Shown here piece by piece: positions 1-10,844 of a stretch of DNA of 64,000 nt. The stretch is from assembly GCF_963921235.1 (NCBI RefSeq), contig NC_086097.1:190528001-190592000 (forward strand), read 5' to 3'. Position 1 is the stretch's first letter. Each line of letters begins with the position of its first letter. A program made the position numbers and the translations under genes. The notes beneath the pieces were generated by a model. It ran no database searches. It was not told the origin of the DNA and saw only the letters and a list, made by a program, of their open reading frames with translations. Origin of the DNA: Mobula hypostoma. Taxonomy: Eukaryota.

Positions 1-378
1 GCTTTGCTTGTGCATGGGAGGGAGCTTTAGGTTTTGGTGTTTTTCTGTCATTCATTCTTTGGGAATTTTCCCCCTCTCTCTTTCATGGGTGTCTGCAAAG
101 AGTAAACATTTCAGGCCATATACTATGTACATTCTCAGACATTAAATTGAACCAAAATGCCTGCTGATGATCATTATCCAGTAATCTCTGTCAGAAATCA
201 GTATTAGATGAAGGCACAGTTGGGATCAATCATGCTTCATGGTTAACTCCTTCTAAGTTCTCAATACATCCAAACCCTCCACACCTTGACTCAAAGGCTG
301 CATGGCCAGTGGTATCCTATCACTTCCAGGTTTACGTCCAACATCACATACCAATTAGACTTCGATAAATATCCCACA

Positions 379-481
379 TCAGGAAGTTAATGGTTATGGG
401 GAGAAGGCAGAAGAATTGGACTGACAAAAATAAAATCAGCCATGATTGAATGGTGGTGCAAACTCGGCGAGGTGGATGGCT
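379..481 (+). mobile_element. CR1 LINE 3' UTR fragment
   Basis: ggttatggggagaaggcag...atcagccatgattgaatggtgg parallels the 3' end of the CR1 copy at 24880-24970. Confidence 0.6.
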
Positions 482-1631
482 TCTTTCTTTTTTTTTTAAA
501 CCACCTCTTTCTCAAGAATACACAGATAACAATAAATGCTAGCCTTGCTTAACGCTTTTAACTCAAAATGAGACTTCTATATCTTAATTAAGCTGTAGAA
601 TAGCAACCCATTAATCTGTGCATCATCTAAGTCAAATGAGAACATTTGGCAGTGAGTGAGGAAAGGGTGAGGTGATCAATAAACAGTGAGTACAGATGTG
701 TTTGTGATCTAATTACATGTCAAAAATCAACATAACCTCAAGGTTTTCTTGCTTCTTCCAATCCAAGTTTTTACATTTCACTTTGTTTTTGATTGTTTCA
801 GCGAACATTATTTGCACAATTTGCCATGAAATCAAAATATTCTAGCCATCTGAAAGAATGCCTCAACTTCCTCCTAGGTGCTTTAACAAACACAACAAAT
901 TCCCCATGCACTCAGTTGGCCTGCATTTTCATTTAAAAAAAACAGGAATAGCTTTAAGCAGAAAGTCTGACAGATCTTGCATAAAGTAAACAGATATTCC
1001 TAAAGGTCTGTAATTGAGGGAAAAAAAGTATCTGGCTGCTGGAACAGACTCAATCACACTTATGAGAGTCAGGAAAATTGATAGAAAGCATACAGTATAT
1101 TCAAGGCTTCAATTAACACTTCTGCATCTATGTCTTTGTAGGTGATGAGGAAAACCATCTGTTCAGGTTGCACTCATTATTTCCAGATTGTATTACTACC
1201 GAAGTCAAGGTTGCTGATGGTGGCAGTTTTGTAAAGTAATTACAACACATGATTCTGGAAATTGACCTTAAGATTTAGCATAGTCGTTTACACAACAAAA
1301 GATCCCATTACCACAGTTCTGTTTCGTGCAATTGTAACTACTAAATCATGATGCACCATTCTTATTTGTTCATCTAAATTTCTAATGCAATCAGATTATC
1401 TAATTATGATGATTCAAATTGCTTCATACACAACATTCTTGAAGTAGAATATGGATGTGATATTAATATTTCATTTTATACTGTAATCATGAAGGCAGTC
1501 ATTGAGATTTGGATGTGTGCATGACTAGCACTGACTTACAGAAGAACTGATGCTCCCACAAAAAAACAGAATGAATATTTAAAGTATTTGAGATGTTTAA
1601 CCTTTACAAAAACATTTATAATAGTTCCACC

Positions 1632-2222
1632 TTACAAAGTATTGAGTGTAAGAGATGTGATGTTATGTTGAAATTGTACAAGACATTGGTGAGGCCTAAT
1701 TTGGAGTATTGTGTGTAGATTTGATCACCTACCTTCAGGAAAGATGTAAATAAGGTTGAAAGAGTACAGAGAAAATTTTTAAGGATGTTGCCAGGACTGG
1801 AGAACCCGAGTGAAAAGGAAAGATTGAATAGATTAGAAGTTTATTCCTTGGGTCATAGAAGATTGAGGGGAGATTTGATAAAGGTACACAGAATTATGTG
1901 GTGTCTAGATAGGGTAAGTAGGCGTTTTTCACTGAGATTGGATGGGACTACAACTAGAGGTCATGAGTTAAGGTTGAAAAGGTGAAAAGTTTAAGGGGAA
2001 CATGAGGGTAAACTTCTTCACTCAGAGGGTGGTGAGAGTGTGGAATGAGTTGTCAGTGCAAGGCGTCCATGAGAGCCTTATTCCAATGCTTGGATATGTA
2101 CATGGAGGGTAGGGGTATGGAGGGCTATGGTAATTGTGCAGGTTAATGGGAGCAGGCAGCTTAAATGGTTCAGCACAGACTAGATTAGCCAAAGGGCCCG
2201 TTTCTGGCTGTGTTTCTATGAC
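1632..2222 (+). mobile_element. 5'-truncated CR1 LINE (ORF2 C-terminus and 3' UTR)
   Basis: LVRPNLEYCV, RRLRGDLI and TRGHELRL motifs; ends in a tttctatg tail. Confidence 0.9.
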
Positions 2223-2911
2223 GAACTATGCAATGTATTTCTGTTATTTAATTGTTATTTTAGAAGTATTAATATAATTTTCAATTATACTACCTGAGTA
2301 AAAGGAGTTGTTACATATTCATGGAATAAACATAATTTGTTCTAACATATCCCAAGTCCTTTTTTCACTCTTGTGTCTGAAGTATTGACCTTTGGTGCTT
2401 CCTTGTTGAATAATTGGCAAGATGAATGATTTTTTGTTCCTTAAAATCAATGAACATCACATTATCAACAAAAAGCATATACATGATGAGGTAAAGTTGC
2501 TGCTATGACTGACCATCCCAAGGCAAAACTCCTCAATGTCAAAAGTAATACCAGCATTGCACTGTTTGTACATTTACCTTTAAAGAAATTTCATTAAATG
2601 CCTGACCGAAGGGTCAGGCTTTGTAAAACACCAATTTTATGACTTCCTAAAGAATAAAAGGTTTCAGTACTTTCTATGCATAACATGGGGCCATTTTCAC
2701 TCAAGGCCCCAATTCATTTTCAGTTCTTGACCTGGATAGAAATATATTACAATTGGCTCATTAAATATTAATATTTATTCCACACTGAAGCCTACTTTGT
2801 ACTATTAAATACAGCAGCAGCTTTAGTTTCAGACCAAATTCCATCATATTATCTGTGAGAAGCTGGGTTGCATCTTCCTTATAAAGCAACTGCAAACTTA
2901 TTATGACTTAA

Positions 2912-3222
2912 AAGTCAAAGGTGAGATTGTCAAGTACATATCTGCATTGGTGCAAAGAAAAACGTACTTGCAGCAGCATTGCAGGCCCATAGCATCACAT
3001 AAGCAATATTCAGAACCAAAACACAAGTTGAACAATTTCTAATGCCTTTTGCAAAAAAAAAGTTTGAACAAAAATATCTCCATTTCAGTGCAAGGTGGTC
3101 AAAATGGTCATCATGTTGCTCAATTTAGGATTAGTGTTTTGCCCATAGGTTCAAAAACCCAGTGGTTGAAGGGAAGTAAATATTCTTGACCTTTATGGTT
3201 TGGGATGGAAGGCTTCCGGATC
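2912..3222 (-). mobile_element. Rex1/Babar-type LINE 3' fragment
   Basis: Reverse complement resembles the 3' end at 13990-14232; ggttgaagggaagta matches the Rex ORF end. Confidence 0.55.
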
Positions 3223-3952
3223 TCTCCTTATCTTGTACTTTGATATTATACTGCATACTGTACTTTAAACTAACAAATCTCATCTGGATAATTGAAAATT
3301 ACAAATCATTCATACACAGTTCTTGTCAAAATTCACCATTTATCCCTCCTGGTCCACTGATGCGAAGGTGATACATTGATTATATTTCATTGATTATACT
3401 TACTAACTATCTGAAATATACTACGGAATAGTCTATTTTGTGGCTGAGATGGGGAGGGCATAGTGGGAGGAGAAAGAAAGGAAAGCTGACTGACAGTTTG
3501 CCTTGCCTTGATTAAATGATAAGCCCTATTAGTTTGCTACAATGAACTAATGAAACACAATTACAGAGACATTAATGACTTTGATGTCTTCCTCTCTAAA
3601 GAGGATTAAAATGGTATTATCTATTACACAAGTGAAAACAGTGAGGGGAAATCCAGGAGTATGGTAAGTATGTCATTGATAACCATATTATCCCAGCTTC
3701 CTGTATTGGATTATACTCTGGGTGCCTAGAATCAGAAATATGAAGCAGGATTTTTTTTAAATAGATCATTGGATTTGTTTTTATCATTCCATTTACACTA
3801 TGTAAACAATGTTACACACTCGTTAAATGGTTTCAATATGTAATGCAAATAAAAGCTTAACATTTGTATAAATAATAATTGAAAATACATTTCTGAAGGA
3901 AAACATGCATTTCAGGATCACATAGAACTAAACTATATTCACTTACAACATA

Positions 3953-4567
3953 CGAGGGGTGATTGATATGTTTGTGTCCTAAGGGAGAAGGAGTCAATTT
4001 TAGACTCATTCTAACATATTCTAGCACATTCATTTTTCAACATAGTCCCCTCCTACATTAACACACTTAGTCCAGCAGTCTTGGAGCATACAGATCTTGG
4101 ACCTCCAGAAAGTGTCCACAGATGGGTGATTGATAAGTTTGTGGCTTAAGGTAGAAGGAGGTGAGTTATACTGCTCTCATTACATGCACATGCAGGTAAA
4201 CTCTTTGAGTGATTATGCAGAAAGTTTGAAGTTAATAACTCATCTCCTTCTACCTTAGGCCACAAATTTATCAATCACCCTGATGAGTTATTAACTTCAA
4301 ACTTTCTGTATAATCACTCAAAGAGTTGAACTGCATGCGCATGTAAAGAGAGTTGTATAACTCATATCCTTCTACCTTAGGCCACAAACTTATCAATCAC
4401 CCCTTCTGTGGACATTTTCTGGAGGTCCAAAATCCATATGCTCCACGACTGCTGGACTCTGAGTGTAAATGTAGGAGGGGAGGGGATCATGTTGAAAAAT
4501 AAATGTGCTAGGTTTTCTAAAATTGACTCCTTCTACCTTAGGCGACGAACTTATCAATCACCCCTCG
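3953..4567. mobile_element. Foldback mariner-like MITE
   Basis: TA-CGAGGGGTGATTGAT...ATCAATCACCCCTCG-TA; inverted arms 3953-4244 and 4282-4567; TA TSD. Confidence 0.9.
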
Positions 4568-5255
4568 TATAAATCTATTAACATTAAGATCTGGAACAAT
4601 CCCTCTGCACAGTAGAGTTAACATTGATAAAGCAACAGTTCTTTTCCCATATCAGCCAGAATTGTAAACATTTATTTGACAGAATGTCATTGTAATGATG
4701 ATGATTTTACTTGAGTATTTTGCACATTAAATTACAAATTCCCATTAGAGGCTATTAAATTATAGTGATTCTATTTGTATTGTTAATATAATTCAGTTTG
4801 TACAATATATAATTTAAATGTATTCTGACTCACTTCAAATAAATCTGGTCTATTTATTAAGTCACCATTGTACATCACAATCTAATGCATGCCTCATTAG
4901 AAAAATGCCAGCTTCCATTTTCTGTCTATTTAAAGGCAGTTATTTTCACTTAAATGTACTTGGAAAAAACACTCAACAGCTTTTTAGAATCAATTCCTTT
5001 CTACCACATCATTCCAATAAATAACTTAGTAAAACAAAACCATGCAATTTTGTTTTTTCATTTTTTTTAACTCAGCAGACATAATTATTTTACCACTATC
5101 TACACATTGCATTAAAATTGGGGCAATACATTAGAATGTAGACATATTTTTAATAAATGCTTTTGAATCCAAGCTTATAGTCATCTCACAAACTGATAAA
5201 GTGGGTTGTGTTCAACAAATGGACAATAAAGCTGAACAACAACTTCAATTGTAAT

Positions 5256-5662
5256 AACGCACACAAAATGCTGGAGGAACTCAAGTCAGGCAGTACTTAT
5301 GGAGGGAAACGGACAGTTGAAATTTCAGGCTAAGATTCTCCATCAGGACTGGAAAGAGAGGGCAGACACCAGAATAAAAGGTGGGGAGAGGCAGAGAAGC
5401 CCAGTCTGGTAGGTGATCAGTGAATCTAGGTGCTGGGGTGGATAGAGGTAATGATGTAAGAAGCTGGGTGGATGACTGAAGGAGGAATCTGATTGGAAAG
5501 GACAGTAGACCATAGAATACCAGAAAGGAGGCGAGGTACCAGAGGGAGAAAGCTGTGAGTAATGAGCTGCTCATGAACAAGGCAAGGGGAAAGAGAAGGG
5601 ATAAAGGGGCTAAAGGGATGAGGAAACAAAGTGGGAGGGGTTACTGGAAATTAGATAAATTC
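5256..5662 (-). mobile_element. Penelope-like element 3' UTR/pLTR fragment with degenerate hammerhead (5313-5352)
   Basis: cacacaaaatgctggaggaactca end and purine-rich UTR shared with 29548-30003. Confidence 0.8.
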
Positions 5663-6270
5663 TAAATATTAATAAACCATTTGTTAACACTATATATTAA
5701 TCCTTTGTAATGATTATTTTTGGAACAAGTCAAACTTTAATAACTGCCAATCAAGTTACCCATTTCTATTTTCCTCCCATTTCTTCTTCATATTGGGAAG
5801 CCCCTCCAGCAGTGCCATCTGAAAATTCAGGTTTAGTTTCCACCTGCACATGGAGGACATTTTTTCCCCCATACTTTTGACACCACGTTCCCACAGCCAC
5901 CCTAAAGTTTTGGATGGTGTCTAGTGTTGGATGGTCAAAGCTGTTATGTAACTAATATTGGAATTTCATAAAGAGAATACTCCACCCTAGTCCAAGTAGT
6001 TTCTGACATCTTATCCATTTAATCTTCAAGTCTGCCTATTTTTTAGCCCTCATAAAAATACTCAACACCCTGTCTCTGCATACTGCTAAGTCGCTAATCC
6101 ATATCTTTGTTATGGATAAACTTGATTGTTCCAATACATTTCCTGGCCAGGTATTTACATCTAGTCTTTAAATGTCATCCAAATCTCTTGTGCTGTCTTC
6201 CTAACTTGCAGCATATCCAATTTTCCCATTGCCATAAGGCTTTCAGATTTACAGTGGTCATACCTCAAAT

Positions 6271-7292
6271 TCAGAATCAGAATCAGGTTTATTATCACCT
6301 GCATGTGATGTGAAATTTGTTAACTTAGCAGCAGCAGTTCAATGCAATACATAATCTAGCAGGGCGAGAAAAAATTAATAACAATAAAATAAAACAATAA
6401 ATAAGTAAATCAATTACATATATTGAATAGATTTTTTTTAATGTGCAAAAACAGAGATACTGCATATTATAAAAGGTGAGGTAGTGTCCAAAGCTTCAAT
6501 GTCCATTTAGGATTGGATGACAGATGGGAAGAAGCTGTTCCTGAATCGCTGAATGTGTGCCTTCAGGCTTCTGTATCTCCTACTTGATGGTAACAGTGAG
6601 AGAAGGGCATGCCCAGGGTGTTGGAGGTCCTTAATAATGGATGCTGCCTTTCTGAGACACTGCTCCTTAAAGATGTCCTGGGTACTTTGTAGGCCAATGC
6701 CCAAGATGGAGCTGACTAGATTTACAACCTTCTGCAGCTTCTTTCAGTCCTGTGCAGTAGCCCCTCCATACCAGACAGTGATGCAGCCTGTCAGAATGCT
6801 CTCCAACGTACAGCTATAGAAGTTTTTGAGTGTATTTGTCGACATGCCAAATCTCTTCAAACTCCTCACCAAGTATAGCTGCTGCCTTGCCTTCTTTATA
6901 ACTACATCGATATGTTGGGACCAGGTTAGCTCCTCAGAGATCTTGACACCAAGGAACTTGAAGCTGCTCACTCTCTCCACTTCTGATCCCTCTATGAGGG
7001 TTGGTATGTGTTCCTTTGTCTTACCCTTCCTGAAGTCCACAATCAGCTCTTTCGTCTTAATGACGTTGAGTGCCAGGTTGTTGCTGCAGCACCATCCCAC
7101 TAGTTGGCATGTCTTATTCCTGTATGCCTTCTCATCACCATCTGAGATTCTACCAGCAATGGTTGTATTATCAGAAAATTTATAGATGGTATTTGAGCTA
7201 TGCCTAGCCACACAGTCATGCGAATACAAGGAGTAGAGCAGTGGGCTAAGCACACACCCCTGAGGTGCACCAGTATTGATCATCTGCAAGGA
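6271..7292 (-). mobile_element. Rex1/Babar LINE, 5'-truncated (RT C-terminal half and 3' UTR)
   Basis: TGAPQGCVLSPLLYSLYSHDC...YKFSDNTT, KTKELIVDFRK; (TCTGAT)n tail at 6271-6285. Confidence 0.92.
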
Positions 7293-9018
7293 GGAATTTA
7301 TATAAACCTTATCCTTTGATTACAAAATCCTTACCGTCTGAAACCCACGTTCCCTTTTTGTCATTTTTTTTTTCCCCTTGCTCTATAGCATATCTGGTCT
7401 GGATCTCCTTGGTGGCTGCATCTTCAGACGCCAAGGCCATAAACTTCAGAATTCCCTTCAAAATTCCTTCTAGCTCTGATAAAATGTAATCTTTGGAAAT
7501 TATTGCTTTGCTTTTAGCTCTTTAGGTGGCCAATTTTATGTTTGATAGAGATCTTTTGAAGCTGTTTGGAATTTAAATTATAAGTATACTACATAAAAAA
7601 GGATCTTGCCACAGCTGTCGTAGTATTTGGTCAAATCTCTCATTTGAAGAGAACTCATCTTTGTAGACTTCATTCATCTTTGCTTCCATCGAATTAGAGT
7701 GCTTTCCTGGCATTTATGGTATTAACTTCTTTTGTTGCTTTTGACATTTTGTAACTCCTTAATCCTGTTTACTTCTTCACACCTATCCTAATTTTCAAAT
7801 GTACTGTAGTCTTATTTTTCATAACACCAACTACAGTATTAATCAATATTAAAATTAAATTGTTTCCATTGCTGCGCTGCAACTTTGTTAACATTTAGTA
7901 TTGCACAGAGCATTCTCTCGATTAACTACTAACCCCCTGACAATTTGCTGTCAACTGAAAGTATTGACATCATATTTCCAATGGCAATTCAAATCACTTC
8001 TGTAAATAGTGCAAAAACTATTGATGGTAATTTTATAAAAAGGTAACCTACAAATTACTTTCATTCTACAACCTCACTCTGAAGTTGTGAAATTTATGGA
8101 CTTTTTGCTCCTCATTGCGAATGCTCTATGCTAATACACTCCTCCTCTGACTCAATAACATTACAGCATGCTCTTCATCATTACCAAGAACTTGTCTAAC
8201 AGCTGTTCTTTCTTCAATTTAATTCTAGGTCACGTCCAATTCTGTGTTCAAAGCTTGCATGCTTCAAGTACTCAGTTGCTGTAGAAAATCCCTGAAGTTA
8301 ACTGCAGCCCGAAGCCTTACAAGCAGAATTTACTGGTGTCCTTGATTTACAATTTTAACAGCATATCAATCCATTGGGTTAGTAAATGAAACTACTGTAT
8401 TACCCCTGAGATCACTTGTCTTAAACTTTACCAGATTTGTCAAAAGCACCATCAACAGTAGTCATTTAGTGTGTAATATTGCTTCAAATTGTAGATTAAA
8501 TTTAATGCTGCACGCCTGCACCTCACAAATAACTATTTTATTAGTTACGGTCTGTTCACATCACCATCTCAGGAATTTCATCATCTGTTACAAATATGAT
8601 TGGAACAAAAATGACTACCAAATGTGATTTACCTCTTCCAGCTGAGTCAAAATAAATAAAACTGTACCTCAGCAGTCATGAACCACTGGTCAAAATACTA
8701 CAATTGGTGAGAAGCCACATCACTGTTGTTATAATAAATATGGTCAAGTCCTGTACGTGGAAAGAGATGCAACACGCTTTGCCATTTTTAAAAAAAGTTA
8801 TGGTAAATGGGCACAGAATATATAGTGGATAGAATGTATAGAATTCAGCATGTATACCTCACATGTATCTACTAATGCTGGAACAGGTTCTGAAATCTCC
8901 TTAAAACATTCAGGGGTGCCGCCCAATTGTCCCTATAAATTCACTGACTGTGCTCCCATGTGGGCAAGTTGAAAGCTGAAAATCTATGATGCTATCTACA
9001 CACAGTAACAATTGGATG

Positions 9019-9057
9019 ATTCCTGACGAAGGGTCTCGGCCTGAAACGTCGACTGTA
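9019..9057 (+). ncRNA. Minimal type I hammerhead ribozyme motif (core intact, stem I 5' strand truncated)
   Basis: CUGACGA 9023-9029, extra A, stem II GGGU-cucg-GCCU, GAAA 9043-9046, C, GUC 9048-9050, GACUGUA. Confidence 0.8.
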
Positions 9058-9158
9058 CCTCTTCCTAGAGATGCTGCCTGGCCTGCTGCGTTCACCAGCA
9101 ACTTTGATGTATGTTGCTTGAATTTCCAGCATCTGCAGAATTCCTGTTGTTTGTGTTT
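9019..9158 (+). mobile_element. 140-bp Penelope-derived insert with 13-bp TSD
   Basis: TAACAATTGGATG duplicated at 9006-9018 and 9159-9171; body matches PLE ends elsewhere in the window. Confidence 0.9.
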
Positions 9159-10282
9159 TAACAATTGGATGTGCTGTAGCATCAGATAAATGAAAATACA
9201 TCTGAAGAGTGAATTATCTGAAACTGTAGATTAATTCTCAGGTGGTGTCCGAGTCCAGATAGAGAACTAAAAAGGAGTGATTCTACTCCCTTTAGGGAGT
9301 GAGGCGAAAATGGGTTGAGAACACAGTTATTGTCCTGTTAATGCAAGGAGCCCAGACCAGTCAATATGTTGTCTTCACTACTGTTAGAAATGCAGTGACT
9401 CTTCAAGGTCTAGATGCAATTTCAATAATCCATTTTCACAATTCAGACTCACTACATAGAAAATCCAAAGCTAGTCCTTTATGTTTCTCTTCATTTTCCT
9501 ATAATTAATGCAACACCTCCCACTTCTACTATTCGTACAGTTGGAATCTCCTGCTCTCAATATTCATGTTCTCACACCATAGCTCTTGCATGCAATAGCT
9601 ACTGTATTCAAGCATCTCAACCATATTGTCAGAACAGCTTCCAAGTATATTGCCGACACATACTGCTTTTTCTTGTAGTTGCACTGGAGTAATACGAGGC
9701 TGCAGCTGAAGAATCTGGAGAAATCTGGACAAGCTCCTCTCTTAAAGAGTGTGCACAGAAGATCAGATTTCAGCTGAGGCACCCCTTGTGCTGCTGTCCA
9801 TGGTAGTCATATACGTATTAAAAAATAATGTCAGCCAGCTGTACGCACTAATTTCATAACACAGTTTGAAATGCTATGCAAGGACTTCCTTCACTGCTTG
9901 TGTTAATGGTCCCTTCAAAACCTTCAGTATTTATCCCCATTTCAGGTAGTATTAAATAACAACTCATGCTATCATTTCCTGAACAATCTAGTCTCATCTC
10001 TCACTTCCTTCTCCTACTCAGTCAAACCCATAAATTCATATACTGATCCTAACAATCTCTTCAAGTGTACCTGGAAAATCATCAACGATCACTTGAAATT
10101 GTTTCTAATTATTTGTTGCCTTCACACAAGGCAGCCATGACAGAGTGTGCACTGTTTGATCTGCTTCACTGTAGTGTACTGTATGGATTAATGCAGGGCA
10201 TCAACTGAATGGTCCTTGCAGTAATGCAATTATCAAAATGATTGACTTCTGTCAAAAATAAACAATAAACAATAACATAATA

Positions 10283-10648
10283 AACAAAAACATTTGTAGA
10301 TACTGGAAATCCAAAGGAACATACACAAAATGATGGGGGAACTCAGTTGGTGGGGCTGCATCTATGGAAATAGATAGTCAACTTTTCAGGCTGAGACCCT
10401 ACTTTAGGACTGATAAGGAAGGGAAAATGCCAGAATAAAAAGTTTGGGGGGGGGGAGGAGGAGGCAGCAGTGAACTGGAAGGTGACAGGAGAAGCCCGGT
10501 GGGTGGGAAAGGTCGAGGGCCGGAAAGGAAGGAATCTGATAGGACAGAGTGGACCATAGGAGAAAGAGAAGAAGGGGACCTGGGGAAATTAATAGGCAGG
10601 TGAGAAGGGGTAAAAAGTCAGAGAGAAGAATAAAGGAAGGTGAGCAGA
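10283..10648 (-). mobile_element. Penelope-like element 3' fragment with degenerate hammerhead (10375-10412)
   Basis: tgtagatactggaaatcc...acacaaaatgatgggggaactcag followed by purine-rich UTR. Confidence 0.8.
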
Positions 10649-10844
10649 ATTTGTAATATTATCCTTTAAAATAAACCTTAAAATAATGTCCAAAGCCTTT
10701 TAGATTCAGCCTATCTGTAGTTTGTTCACACTTACTGTACTAAGCATATGCCATTGATTATCTCACAACATTATTTAGATAGTAAATAATTATTTAATTA
10801 TAATATTTATTATATAATTGAGGTTAGGTATTGAGACAGCGTGC

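Noticed and set aside
2294..2590. Minus-strand exon with plausible AG and GT boundaries
   Set aside because: All three frames contain stops
7600..7690. piggyBac-like SNERFDQILRQL on the minus strand
   Set aside because: Single short resemblance; no TTAA/TIR ends or catalytic motifs found
8340..8400. HIRAN-like NPMD*YAVKIV on the minus strand
   Set aside because: Isolated 11-residue match containing a stop; conflicts with the plus-strand reading
8625..8642. Walker A-like AGRGKS on the minus strand (Helitron or SF3 helicase)
   Set aside because: Lacks the first Gly, the frame is full of stops, and no other helicase motifs occur at proper spacing
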